In this document: positions 31,919 through 42,484 of the stretch, in pieces
Position numbering within the stretch: position 1 is the first letter of the stretch
Layout of the letters: each line of letters begins with the position of its first letter
Assembly: GCA_963755715.1 (NCBI GenBank)
Contig: CAVWLW010000041.1
Coordinates: 41,044 to 105,043 of the forward strand
Source of the DNA: an uncultured delta proteobacterium
Lineage (GTDB): Bacteria; Desulfobacterota; Binatia; UBA9968
DNA: 64,000 nt
Direction of reading: 5' to 3'
Notes under the pieces: generated by a model
Database searches by the model: none
The model's input: only the letters and a program-made list of their open reading frames with translations
Told to the model about the DNA's origin: nothing
Made by a program: the position numbers and the translations under genes

Positions 31919-32881
31919 ATGGCTGAAAGAATAGTTTATCTCAATGGGTCGTTTGTTCCCGAGAGCGAAGCAAAGGTTTCGGTGGGAGACGCGGGGTTCA
32001 CTTCAGGCGACGGGGTCTATGATGTTACCCGGACGTTCGGACACAAGCCGTTCAAGTTGAGGGAACATACCGAACGGCTCTTCAGGTCACTTTGCTATAC
32101 ACGGATAAATTGCGGCCTCACCATGGAGGAGATGGAGAAGAGGACGTTGGAAGTTTTTGATAAGAATAAACATCTTTTAGGAAAAAACGATGAGTACGCC
32201 CTATGGCAAATTGTCAGCCGGGGAACACGATTTATGGATGGCAGCAATCGACCAAAAGGACAGTCAACTGTAACCATCTATTGCGTGCCGATTGACTTTA
32301 AAGAGTTCGCCCGACATCTCATTGACGGCGTCAGACTCGTCATCCCCTCAACGAGACGGATACCGCCCCAATGTTTGGAATCGAAAGCGAAAATCACAAA
32401 TAAGATGAACCACAATATAGCCCTCTTCGAGGCTAGACAGGTGGATCCAAAGTGCCTGCCATTAATGCTTGATATCAACGGAAATCTCAGCGAGACGAAT
32501 TCCGCTAATTTCTTTTTGGTTCTTAACGGAATGCTCTGTACGCCAACAGACAAAAATGTTCTAGGAGGCATCACCCGAGCTACGGTTCTGCCGATGGCTA
32601 ACGAGTTAGGAATTAAAGTGGTTGAAGGAGATTTCACGCCGTACGACCTATACAATGCCGACGAGGCTTTTCTCGCTGGTACGAGCCCGACCATAGTGCC
32701 GGTGCAAAGTGTGAATGGTTTAAGAATCGGTAACAAAGTCCCAGGGCCTGTCACCCTCAGGTTGATCAATGCCTGGAGCAAGATGGTTAATGTTGACATA
32801 GCGCTGCAGGCGTTCGGCCATCTCGACCCAAAAGAACAAGAGCAATTGCTCAAAGTTTGGCAGGAAAAGAAAGCTGCGTAA
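31919..32881 (+). CDS. Class IV PLP aminotransferase (IlvE/D-amino-acid aminotransferase-like)
   Basis: VYLNG, GDGVYD, HTERL, K(ITNK), ETNSANFF, LGGITR, ADEAFLAGT and PGPVT motifs. Confidence 0.9.
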   Translation: MAERIVYLNGSFVPESEAKVSVGDAGFTSGDGVYDVTRTFGHKPFKLREHTERLFRSLCYTRINCGLTMEEMEKRTLEVFDKNKHLLGKNDEYALWQIVSRGTRFMDGSNRPKGQSTVTIYCVPIDFKEFARHLIDGVRLVIPSTRRIPPQCLESKAKITNKMNHNIALFEARQVDPKCLPLMLDINGNLSETNSANFFLVLNGMLCTPTDKNVLGGITRATVLPMANELGIKVVEGDFTPYDLYNADEAFLAGTSPTIVPVQSVNGLRIGNKVPGPVTLRLINAWSKMVNVDIALQAFGHLDPKEQEQLLKVWQEKKAA

Positions 32882-32904
32882 TCGACGGCTCGCCTGAAAA
32901 TTCA

Positions 32905-32978
32905 CCACGCTGCGGCCCTGATGCGTTGCCGTTCGGGCAATTTTTCAGTCGAACGAGTAATGGACTTTTCCATTGCGC
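32905..32978 (+). repeat. Second fragment of the XRE/HTH_37-like gene (direct repeat of 26608-26680)
   Basis: ccacg..cggccctgatgcgt..ccgttcgggcaatttttcag...gactttt..attgcgc. Translates HAAALMRCRSGNFSVERVMDFSIAL. Confidence 0.8.
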
Positions 32979-33115
32979 TCCGACTCGCGCCGTCGACCCC
33001 AGGGTCGGCACATAATGGGTGATGCAAGACCTGGCACTCAATCCGCCTTGCACGTGCATTCTTGTTTAGCTAAACCGATATCACGACATTTTTTTGGCGT
33101 CTGCAGGAGAGCATC

Positions 33116-33925
33116 ATGGCCTCTGTGATTGGAGTCTTGGTTGTTCATGGCATCGGCATCCAAGAAAAGGATTTTGCCGATGATTTTATTTCCGAAATGA
33201 ATGACCGCTTGATGGGCCTGCAAGTGGCGCCCGACGCCGTGGTTTGGCAGCCCGCTTATTGGGCTGATCTTTTAAATGATCGAGAACTGAAACTATGGAA
33301 TGACCTTTCGCGGGATCACGATCTCGATTGGGTCACGGTTCGACAGTTCTTTATCAACTTCTTTGCCGACGCCATCGCGTATCAGCGCAAACTGGTCGCG
33401 ACCGATGATATGTATCGGCAAATCCACAACAGGATACACGGGAATTTAGCCAAGCTGCGATCCGACCTCGGAGGTCAAGACAAGCCGCTTATCATTATCG
33501 CTCACTCACTCGGCAGCGTTATCTTGTCGAATTACATCTGGGATGAGCAAACGAACCAAGGGCTCGGAACCAACCCGTTTGAGCGCATGGAGACCCTCGC
33601 CAGTATCGTGACCTTTGGGTCCAATATTCCGCTGTTCACACTTGCCCTGGATAAGATCGAATGCATAACCTTTCCGCCTCCTATGCTGCCGGCAAATTTA
33701 AAGGCCAAGGCAAAATGGCTGAATCTTTTTGATGGCGATGACGTGCTGGGATATCCACTGAAACCGCTGAGCCCGTCTTATACGCAGACAGTTACAGCGG
33801 ACCTTCAGATCAACGCGGGAGGATTGTTCACCTCGTGGAATCCCATTTCACACACGGAGTATTGGACCGACAACGATTTCACAAAACCCGTCGCACAACT
33901 CATCTCTGATTTGGTGAAGGCATAA
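33116..33925 (+). CDS. Uncharacterised cytoplasmic alpha/beta-hydrolase-fold protein
   Basis: VVHGIG, AHSLG nucleophile elbow, TFGS, WLN...DDVLGYPL and SHTEYW motifs. Confidence 0.75.
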   Translation: MASVIGVLVVHGIGIQEKDFADDFISEMNDRLMGLQVAPDAVVWQPAYWADLLNDRELKLWNDLSRDHDLDWVTVRQFFINFFADAIAYQRKLVATDDMYRQIHNRIHGNLAKLRSDLGGQDKPLIIIAHSLGSVILSNYIWDEQTNQGLGTNPFERMETLASIVTFGSNIPLFTLALDKIECITFPPPMLPANLKAKAKWLNLFDGDDVLGYPLKPLSPSYTQTVTADLQINAGGLFTSWNPISHTEYWTDNDFTKPVAQLISDLVKA

Positions 33926-34203
33926 CGTTCGAGAGTAGACGTCGACCCTCCCACAAAGCGCCTCAAGGGCATGCGCGTTTGGAAATCCGACTGTAGGATG
34001 ACCTCGCCAAGACGTATCGAGAAATATTCACAGTGCCCTGGCTTATCAACCGGATGAGCGGTGCGAGGCTGATTGTCATCTGCCGGTTCAACAAATGCCC
34101 CATGAAAGCGGAAATAGTTTCCTATACCAAAAAAGGTTGACACTTCCCGACGCGGTGATACGATCCGCGCCGTGCACTCAAAGAAAATTGAAGGGAGAAA
34201 AAC

Positions 34204-35289
34204 ATGGCTGACTGGCCGCCGGTAATAGACGCTGATGGACATGTGTTGGAACGTCAAAGCGACATCCGCAAATATTTGGAACCGCCGTGGAACCGCCGCA
34301 ACACGGGCCTCTGGCCGTCCGATCAGCCCTTCGACACGGACCTCTTCGATACCCTTGGCTATCCCGGGTACGGGCGCAACATGAGCCCGGCCCAGCAGGT
34401 CGAGACCTGGCTCAAAATCATGGACGAACACAACATCGAACAGGCGGTGCTCTTCCCCACCGGCTCCGGCAACATCCCGAAGCTGCGCGAGCCCGAGTTT
34501 TGTCTCGCCGCTTGCCGCGCCGCCAACGATCACTTCGCCAAGGAATACAACGCGCTCTCCGACCGCATTCACTGCGTCGGCGTGCTGCCGCTCAAGTGGC
34601 CCGAGGAAGCGGCCAAGGAGCTGCGCCGCGCCGTCACCGAATTGGGCTTGGTGAGCTTCGAGCTGCTTTCCATGGGACTCCCCACCGCGCTCGGCGATCC
34701 GATGTACGATCCGCTCTATGAAGAGGCGCAGCGGCTCGACGTGCCGCTCTCCGTCCACGGCAACCGCAGCTCTTCGGCGGAGGTCGGCGCCGGCGCGTTT
34801 AGAACCTTCGCCGAGGTGCACTGCTACACGTTTCCCGTCGGCATCTTTCTGCACTTCACCAGCATGATTTTCCAGGGAGTCCCAGTGCGCTTCCCGAAGC
34901 TGCGCGTGGCTTATCTTGAAATCGGCGCCAGTTGGCTCCCCTACTGGCTCGACCGCATGGATGAGCACTGGGAATTGCGCGGCGAGTTCGAGGCGCCTCA
35001 TCTAAAGAAAAAACCCAGCGAGGTCGTGCGCGAGTCCCCGGTCTACTTTAGTCTCGAGGCCGAGGAGCGACTCCTGCCCCAGACCATCGAGTACGTCGGC
35101 GACGATCACTTTCTCTACGCTTCCGACGTTCCCCACTGGGACGGCGAGTTTCCCAAGAACCTCAAGTACCTGTGGAATCATCCCGATCTTTCACGGACGA
35201 CCAAGGAGAAGATCGCCTACCACAACGGCAAGGAGTATTTCCGGCTGAATGGCGCAGGCGCGACGCAAGCCGCGCGCAAGGCGAATTGA
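34204..35289 (+). CDS. Amidohydrolase_2 family protein
   Basis: IDADGHVLE, VLFPT, PLSVH, YLEIGASW and ASDVPHWD motifs. Confidence 0.9.
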   Translation: MADWPPVIDADGHVLERQSDIRKYLEPPWNRRNTGLWPSDQPFDTDLFDTLGYPGYGRNMSPAQQVETWLKIMDEHNIEQAVLFPTGSGNIPKLREPEFCLAACRAANDHFAKEYNALSDRIHCVGVLPLKWPEEAAKELRRAVTELGLVSFELLSMGLPTALGDPMYDPLYEEAQRLDVPLSVHGNRSSSAEVGAGAFRTFAEVHCYTFPVGIFLHFTSMIFQGVPVRFPKLRVAYLEIGASWLPYWLDRMDEHWELRGEFEAPHLKKKPSEVVRESPVYFSLEAEERLLPQTIEYVGDDHFLYASDVPHWDGEFPKNLKYLWNHPDLSRTTKEKIAYHNGKEYFRLNGAGATQAARKAN

Positions 35290-35485
35290 GATAACAAAGA
35301 CTATTCTTTCAGATGTCCCGCGGGCAGAAAAAACGGTGTGACTCGAAAACAGAGACTCTCTAAATGTTCGCTTCGTCCCCGCCTGCAGTTCTGACGAGAT
35401 TGTCAAGATTGCCGGGTTCGATGTTCGCCTGGAATTAAATCGGATTTGCTGAAAGGGCGGCAGGACGTGAGAGGAGGAAGACGCC

Positions 35486-36620
35486 ATGAACGTGATTGAC
35501 GCCGATGGACATATCATTGAGCCGGAAGGAATGTTCGAGCATCTTCCCGAGGACTTTTATCTGCGACGCCCGATCCCCGTCCGTTTACCGACGGACACCG
35601 TCCGGGGCGACTTCAACGGCTGCTGGCTCATCGAGGGGAAAAGCGTTCCCAACATTGGCAGCCGCGGACGCACCACCGCATCGCTTTCATGGACAGAGCG
35701 ATCGAAGAAGATCGACGTGTCGCTTGGATCGCAGACTCTGGAAGACGTGGAGTCTCGGCTCTCCGACTTGGATCGCTTCCACATCGACTGCCAGATCGTT
35801 TTTCCCACCATGTTTCTCGCCGCCGTAGCGGAGGATGTAAAACTCGAAGGCGCGTTGTTTCAGGCCTATAACACCTACGTCGGTCAAGCCTGCGCCAAGT
35901 CAAAGGGCCGGGTCAGGTGGGTAGCGCTTCTACCCTTTCGCGACCCGGAGGCCGCAGTGAAGGAGATGCGCCGGGCAAGCGAGCTGGGCGCTTCCGGTAT
36001 TTTCACCATGGGCATGGTGTGGGAGCGGAATCTGGCGGATCCGGAGTTTTTTCCGATCTACGAGGAAGCCGCGGCACTCGATCTCCCCCTTTGCGTTCAT
36101 CTCGGTTGGGGCTCGCCGCAAGTGACCCAGCTCTTTTCCGATTCCCATGCGTTCTTTTGCTCGGCCATTGTGCCCGTGATGTGGGGCTTTATGTACACCA
36201 TGGGCGCTGGCCTGCTCACGCGTTTTCCCAAGCTGCGGCTTGGCTTCCTGGAGACCGGCTCCGCCTGGGTTCCCTACGCGGTGCAGCAGATCAGGCGCCG
36301 GGTCGAGCCGCCGACCGTACTTTTCTACTGCAGGGCAACGGCGCCCCGTCGATAATGCGATCGATCGGCGCTACTACCGCGATCCGGAAGAATTCTTCCG
36401 TTCGGGACGGGCGTTCGTGAACTGCGAAGGAGACGAGGATTTTGATTATCTGTTGAAGCATGTGGGAGAAGATGCCCTCATGTGCTCCTCCGACTTCCCT
36501 CACGGCGACCCCTCCGCCGAAGAGAACTACGTCAGTCGCTGGCGCGAGAGGAGCGATATGCCGGAGCGAATCAAAGAAAAGATTCTTGGTAAAAACGCAG
36601 AACGCTTCTTTCATCTTTAG
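35486..36620 (+). CDS. Amidohydrolase_2 family protein, frameshifted at ~36320-36350
   Basis: IDADGHIIE, YNTY, PLCVH and FLETGSAW in the first frame. SSDFPHGD...KILGKNAERFF in ORF 36240-36620. Confidence 0.85.
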
Positions 36621-36840
36621 CGGGAAGGCCGACATTGCGTGAATGTCAAAGGTAAACCGATGCGACCTCGTGGTCGTCTCCGAGCGGTCCGACTCGGAGA
36701 GACGCTCTGAATTTGCGACCGATCGCGACTGCAGTCCTGACGCGCCTGATGCCAGTGAGTGGCGACGCGAATCTCGTTTTGGACTTATGGCGACTTTGCT
36801 ATAATCAGCGAAATGAGCTCTCTACGGGTGCAATAGCGCG

Positions 36841-37134
36841 ATGAAAACAAAAGCAGAAATCTTAAGAATTTTAGAAGCCCAAAAGCCGGAACTGGTGCGC
36901 CGGTACGGCTTAAAAAGACTCGCGCTCTTCGGCTCCTATGCACGCGAGGATCAACATGAAAATAGCGATGTCGATGTCTTGGTGGAAATCGAGCGCCCAA
37001 TAGGTCTCGAATTCGTAGAGCTCGCAGAGCGAATCGAAGATGCTGTCGGCATTCGGACCGAGGTTGTCTCGCGCCGGGCAATCAAACCGCGCTATTGGGA
37101 GGTCATCAAAGAGGAACTGATCGATGTCCCGTAG
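36841..37134 (+). CDS. Minimal nucleotidyltransferase (MNT) antitoxin
   Basis: LALFGSYARE...SDVDVLVE. Confidence 0.9.
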   Translation: MKTKAEILRILEAQKPELVRRYGLKRLALFGSYAREDQHENSDVDVLVEIERPIGLEFVELAERIEDAVGIRTEVVSRRAIKPRYWEVIKEELIDVP

Positions 37135-37474
37135 GGCGATACCGCTCCTCGTCGAGGATATCTGGGAAGCAATAGAAAAAATCGAACGTTACGTCTCGGG
37201 TTTAAATCACGATACTTTCGTAAAAGACGATAAGACCGTCGATTCGGTCGTACGCAATCTGGAAATCATCGGCGAGGCCGCCAACCGCCTTTCGGAGAGT
37301 TTCAAGACCCAGCATCCCGAGATTGAGTGGCGTAAAATTATCGGCCTGAGGCATCGCATCGTTCACGATTACTTCAACATCGATGTAGAGATTGTCTGGG
37401 AAATTATTCGGAAAGATTTGCCGACCTTCAAATCGCAACTTTCAGTCATCCGTACCGATCACAATCCCGACTGA
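37124..37474 (+). CDS. HEPN/DUF86 (HepT-like) ribonuclease toxin
   Basis: VVRNLEIIGEA...IEWRKIIGLRHRIVHDY (RxxxxHxY). Confidence 0.9.
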   Translation: MSRRAIPLLVEDIWEAIEKIERYVSGLNHDTFVKDDKTVDSVVRNLEIIGEAANRLSESFKTQHPEIEWRKIIGLRHRIVHDYFNIDVEIVWEIIRKDLPTFKSQLSVIRTDHNPD

Positions 37475-37515
37475 AGACTCAACAAGTCAGACTGCAGAAA
37501 CCGGGATAGCGTAGC

Positions 37516-37840
37516 ACGGTGAGTTTCCCAAGAACCTCAAGTACCTGTGGAATCATCCCGATCTTTCACGAACGACCAAGGAGAAGATCGCCTACCACAA
37601 CGGCAAGGAATATTTCCGACTCAATCGTGCAGGTTCGGCGCATGCGGCGCGGAAAGCAAGTGAGAATAAAAAAATTCTCTTCGGCACCCTCGGGCAGCAA
37701 AAGCCGTCCGAGTCTGAAAGCAGAGACTCTCTGAATTTTCGCTTCGTCGTCGTTTACAGTTCAAGCACGATTGTCAAGATTGTTGCGTTTTGATGTTGGG
37801 CAGGAATTAAATCGGATTTGCTGAAAGTGCGGCAACACGT
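37516..37840 (+). repeat. Diverged direct repeat of 35141-35468 (amidohydrolase 3' end plus downstream intergenic DNA)
   Basis: gagtttcccaagaacctcaagtacctgtggaatcatcccgatctttcacg... is nearly identical over the first ~100 bp. gagactctct, gattgtcaagattg and ggaattaaatcggatttgctgaaag are shared further on. Confidence 0.92.
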
Positions 37841-37857
37841 CGACTTCTCGTTCGAAA

Positions 37858-38079
37858 TCATTCTTCGAACTCGCTTCGGGCCACGCCGGATTGGCGAATG
37901 ATCGATTGCAAGGTGCCGATACGAATTTCAGCGTGATCGGGCACTGGAACGGTAACGGTTCCCGTAGGTGTCTTTTTCTGCATGACCACGTGGCTGCCTC
38001 GCCTGCGGACCTCCTCAAAGCCAGACTTCCTTAAAACAGCGCAAACCTCCTTCCCGGAAAGAACCCGCAGTCTAGCCAA
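37858..38079 (-). CDS. hicA: HicA family toxin
   Basis: LSGKEV...GF..VRRRGSH...VPVPDH.EI..GTL.SIIRQSG. Confidence 0.9.
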   Translation of the reverse strand: MARLRVLSGKEVCAVLRKSGFEEVRRRGSHVVMQKKTPTGTVTVPVPDHAEIRIGTLQSIIRQSGVARSEFEE

Positions 38080-38293
38080 CCGTTACCTCGATCTGAGTGA
38101 CGAACACTTCGTCTCGCAGTCGTTGCTTGATTTCGGTGGGTGAAGCCGACTCCAAAAAAAGCTCCAACGCCTCGCGCAAATTGTCGCGGGCTTCTTCAAT
38201 GGTTTTTCCCTGACTCGCCACGTCTAATTCGGGGCAGAGCGACACGTACCCGTCGCCCTCCCTTTCAATCAATGCCGTGAGTTTCATTGTCAC
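38072..38293 (-). CDS. hicB: Short HicB family antitoxin (no DNA-binding domain)
   Basis: IEREGDGYVSLCPELDVASQGKTIEEARDNLREALELFLE. Confidence 0.9.
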   Translation of the reverse strand: MTMKLTALIEREGDGYVSLCPELDVASQGKTIEEARDNLREALELFLESASPTEIKQRLRDEVFVTQIEVTVG

Positions 38294-38465
38294 CCTCCGT
38301 TTAAGCGTTGAGTATATCAGGGCCTTCCAATCTCGCCAACTTGACGATTACATTTTCATGTTCCGGAATTCCGAAATGTGTTCAAAGCCGCGGCATCTTC
38401 CTGTGCCGGATCCCGGCGTTAGTCATTGCGGACACTGGCCGGAATCAAAGCGCCTTTGAGTTTGA

Positions 38466-39487
38466 TCAAACCGCTTCCGACAGTTTGTAGAACCGCGCCA
38501 CGTTGTCGTGCAGCATTTTTCGTTTGGTGTCGTCCGACAGATCTTTGCGCTCGCGCACGACTTTGATCGTGTGCGGCCAATCGCCGTCCCAGTGCGGGTA
38601 GTCGGAAGAATAAAGCACCGTGTGGTCGAGGCCCCAACGGACGGCGTCGGGAACGGTTTTTTCGCCGCACTCGATGCCGAAGTAGATCCGCCCGCTCTTG
38701 ACGTATTCGCTCGGCAGCATCGTTAGATAGGGCGCTTCGTCGGCGCCGCGCTTTTCCACTTCCTCATCGAGCCGGTCCATCATATAGGGCACCCAGCCGA
38801 TGCCGGATTCTAGATAGGCGATGCTCAATTTGGGGAAACGCTCGAAGACGCCGCCGACGATCGTGGCGATCATCGCCATCATCTGCTCCGCCGGATGGTC
38901 GATGGTATGCGCCGAAAGAAACTTGCGAAAGCGTTGGCCGCCGAGCGAATCAGCGGATGTGCCGGTGTGAAAACCGATCCCCACGCCTAGGCGTTCGGCG
39001 GCGGCGTAGATCGGATCGTAAAGAGCATCGCCGAAGTCGGGCATCTGCGGGATATAAGTCGGCAGCACGCCCGCCACGGCGCCGCGCTCGCGGACCGCGC
39101 GCGCGAGCTCCTCGGCCGCCGCCTGGGGATCTTGCGGCGCCAACAAGGCGACGAATTTCAAGCGCGCCGGATTGGTTTTGCAAAAATGATACAGCCAGTC
39201 GTTGTAGGCTCTCGTCACGGCAGTGGCGAAGTCGCGCTCGTGCAAGCTGCCGACATGCAGTCCGGCGGTCGGATAGAGCACCATGACGTCGATGCCGTCC
39301 TGGTCCATCGCCGCGATTTGATCCTCGGGCCCTTCCGGTTTGGCGCCGAGCTTGCCGCGCAATCGCGGTCCCAGGCGTCGTTGGGAAATAGATTTCTCCG
39401 TTGCCAGCGCGGCTCGATGAATTCGCGAAGCCCAGCAATCGACTCCCGCACATGCCCGTCGGCGTCGATGATTTTGTAGTTAGTCAT
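38466..39487 (-). CDS. Amidohydrolase_2 family protein, frameshifted near 39360
   Basis: IIDADGHVRE in ORF 39215-39487. MDQDGIDVMVLYPT, AYNDW, YLESGIGW and SSDYPHWD in ORF 38466-39362. Confidence 0.87.
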
Positions 39488-40202
39488 GGCTTGCTCCTAT
39501 TCTGTGGCACGCTTCATTTGCCGAGCGCTTGCGCTCCGGCTCCGGCAAAAGTCGCGCAAACTTTTGTTCTCCACCAGAGCTCGAACATATTGCCGAGACT
39601 CGGCTTTCGTCAAGCGATTTATTGCCGGAAATGGAAACGCGCCGATGCGAATCCGTCTGGCGATCGATAGCCGTGGCATGGTTACCGCTGGAAATTTTAT
39701 TCCATGCTGAATGCAGCGTCTCGACCAGTTTGCGCGTGATCGCAAAGTCGAACATTGCTCGGGCACCACTTGCGACGGCGGCTTGATGCGCCGCGCGGCA
39801 ACCACGCCGATCTCGCGCTGCAACTTGTCGTCGACCTCGTTTGCCGCAACCTTGGAAGGCTTTGTGCTGTGCGTGAATTTGACCAAAAACTCGGGCGAAC
39901 TGAAGAGCCGGAAAGAAACTGGAGTGGCGTCGCAATTTTTTTTATCGTCGCTCATGCGTTAGGCAATGTGACGCTGATCGCGCAACGGCTGGCGAAATCG
40001 ACACTTGACGGACCTTATAAACAATTTATTCACACTGTGTTGTGGATAATCTAGCATCCGACAAAACCGACGCGCTGATTTTTTTCTTCTCCTTGTGCTA
40101 ACGCTGGTGTACTCTTCACTTTAACTTTTCACGCACTGTACTGTAACTGTTCGTCAACCTGTTCGAAGCACCTCTCGCTTGGATTATACAAGGAGAAAGA
40201 CC

Positions 40203-40433
40203 ATGGGCTTGATTTGTCGGCGCTGCGACCGGATTACAAAACAGAGACTCTATCACGTCACCACCGAGGACGCCGGCGTTGTTTTGCTTAACATGCTTGT
40301 ATGCTCTTCATGTGCGCGACTGGCGATGAAGTTGGGACTTCCCACCGTGCAAATGGGTTCGGCGAAAAGAGCCGAAAAGATAAAACGGCCGTCGGTAATG
40401 ACGGACCTGAAGCAACGATCTATTCAGCCTTGA
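40203..40433 (+). CDS. Small protein with two CxxC pairs (putative zinc ribbon)
   Basis: RBS aggaga. CRRC...CSSC followed by a basic tail. Confidence 0.6.
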   Translation: MGLICRRCDRITKQRLYHVTTEDAGVVLLNMLVCSSCARLAMKLGLPTVQMGSAKRAEKIKRPSVMTDLKQRSIQP

Positions 40434-40600
40434 CCGTCGAATCTCTGACTCAACGTTTCACGGAAGCGATCAGTGATTCTTTGTACGGCTCATGGTTCCA
40501 TTGTTGATCTTGTCGCCTGTCGAGGTTCCTCAGATTTAGTTCAGTCTCGAGAAGCGTCGACTCTTGAGCGCGATTGCGGATTCAAGATCAATATGGCGGT

Positions 40601-41815
40601 TCAAGTGCGGGCTTCGCTCACGCTAAGAGCAGCTGCGGCAATGGGCTTCCCTGAGATTGTGCTATAGACGAGCGCCGCAGAGGCCAAGAGAATAACGCCC
40701 ATGATGATCATGAAACCATCGTAGCTGCCGGTCATATCGAAGGCGAGGCTCGCAAGCATCGGACCTCCGGCGGAGCCGATCTGGTGCACGATGAAACTCA
40801 AGCCCAGGATGACTCCCGCCATCCTCGGTCCGACAATCTCGTAGAACATTACATTTTGAACCGCAATCGTGCCGAAGGTAGGGCCCATTGCGAGTGCCAC
40901 GACGGCGTAGAAGAAAAGCTCGTTCGGCATATCCAGGGCCAGGACCAATGTGCCTAAGCCGCGCACAAGATAGGTGAGAGCGAGCACTTGCGCTCGCCCA
41001 TAACGGTCCGAGAGCCAGCCGAAAAACAGCGCCGACACCGCCGCCGCGCCGCCAAAAACGCCGACAGCGATAGCTCCGGTTGCGGCATCGAAACCTTTGC
41101 TCAACGCGATCGCCACAAGATGTACGGTCTGAAACAAAGCTACGCCGCAGGAAAATCGCGCCGCGAACATCATGATCATCGAACGATCGCGCAGGTAGGG
41201 AAGGCAGCTTCCCCAACTTGCGCGATCCCGCCGGGCAGTCGCAACATCATTCGGGTCGCGCGCACCCAACCAACCTAGGGGAAATGCCACTGCGATGAGC
41301 AAGACACCACTGGCCAAGGCCGCGGCACGCCAATCGAATCTTTCGATCAAGAAGTAAAGCAGCGGGGAAAAGAACACCGGGCTCAGCGGTGAGGCCGTCT
41401 GAATGACACTAACGGCGAGCCCTCGGCGATTGGCCTCGTAGTGCTTGGCGACAAGGAGCGAGATGATAACGAGTCCGGCCGCACCCTTCGCCAAGCCGAC
41501 CATGATGCCGTACGAGAGCGACAGTTGCCACAAGTTTTGCGAAAGGCTCATGCCGAAAAAACCTGCCGCCATGAGAAGAATCCCTGCAAGAATGACCCGG
41601 CGGGCACCCAGGTCGTCGGCCAGTTTACCAAAGAGGACGCCGCCGATTCCCCAGCCGAGCATGCCAAACATGTACGGTACCGTGGCGGTGGTCCGCGACC
41701 AGCCGAATTCCGCCTCGATGGGTCGCAGAAACAGGCTGAACGAATTCATGCCGATCGATGTCATCGTTACGACGCCGGCGCAGAGGAGCAGAACTATGTT
41801 GCGGGAGAGTGGCAT
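40601..41815 (-). CDS. MFS transporter
   Basis: About 12 hydrophobic segments. Motif A copies GKLADDLGARR and GWLSDRYGR. Confidence 0.9.
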   Translation of the reverse strand: MPLSRNIVLLLCAGVVTMTSIGMNSFSLFLRPIEAEFGWSRTTATVPYMFGMLGWGIGGVLFGKLADDLGARRVILAGILLMAAGFFGMSLSQNLWQLSLSYGIMVGLAKGAAGLVIISLLVAKHYEANRRGLAVSVIQTASPLSPVFFSPLLYFLIERFDWRAAALASGVLLIAVAFPLGWLGARDPNDVATARRDRASWGSCLPYLRDRSMIMMFAARFSCGVALFQTVHLVAIALSKGFDAATGAIAVGVFGGAAAVSALFFGWLSDRYGRAQVLALTYLVRGLGTLVLALDMPNELFFYAVVALAMGPTFGTIAVQNVMFYEIVGPRMAGVILGLSFIVHQIGSAGGPMLASLAFDMTGSYDGFMIIMGVILLASAALVYSTISGKPIAAAALSVSEART

Positions 41816-41978
41816 GTCGGGAGCAGCGCGATCTTGACAGCTATGCCAGATCAACGCGGAAATCACCACAGAATGGGACAAAAAATTTGGCGTGGCGGCA
41901 GAGGATTGATGAAGCTCAAATTCGCTTGACTGCCAGCTTGGTCTCCGCAATAACGGTTTCGAACCGAAGGAGAGAAAC

Positions 41979-42479
41979 ATGAAGCGAGAAGTGGCGGCGG
42001 AGATCGTCGATTCGCTGAAAGAGGCAGGGGTCGATTTTGTTGCAACCCTGACGGAAGCGAACCTGCACGATCTTGTGATTGCGCTCGGGGAGGATTCGGA
42101 GATTCATCACGTGCCGGTGACGCGCGAGGAAGAGGGCATCGGCATCTGCGCCGGCGCCTACCTGGGCGGAAAACGGCCCGCGATGGTAATGATGAACGCG
42201 GGATTTTTATTGTCGACGAACGCTTTGGCGACGGTCTGCATTCATCCGGGGATACCGGTATTGATGTTGATCGGGCACAGCGGCGGTGTCGGCGAGGAAA
42301 ATGCCGGGCACGCCACGGTCGGCGCTCTGACCGAGCCGGTGCTGCAGGCCATGCATATCGTTTACGAGAAAGTCGGCCGCTTCGAGGAGATCCGCCCGAC
42401 TATTCGCGATAGTCAGATGCTCGCGCGCTCGTCGCGCCGTCCCACGGCCATTGTCCTCAACAAACAAGCCCTGAGGTAA
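41979..42479 (+). CDS. TPP-dependent decarboxylase alpha subunit (sulfopyruvate/phosphonopyruvate decarboxylase, ComD-like)
   Basis: VTREEEGIGICAGAYLGGKRPAMVMMNAG. Confidence 0.85.
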   Translation: MKREVAAEIVDSLKEAGVDFVATLTEANLHDLVIALGEDSEIHHVPVTREEEGIGICAGAYLGGKRPAMVMMNAGFLLSTNALATVCIHPGIPVLMLIGHSGGVGEENAGHATVGALTEPVLQAMHIVYEKVGRFEEIRPTIRDSQMLARSSRRPTAIVLNKQALR

Positions 42480-42484
42480 CTCGA

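Noticed and set aside
33805-35001. Long antisense ORFs (for example 33805-35001, 3860-4936, 54477-55526, 21175-22011)
   Set aside because: They are shadows of well-supported genes on the opposite strand, as expected in GC-rich DNA.
39480-39960. Overlapping ~150-aa ORFs upstream of the amidohydrolase
   Set aside because: No motif and no clear RBS. A frameshifted hypothetical gene is possible but cannot be supported.
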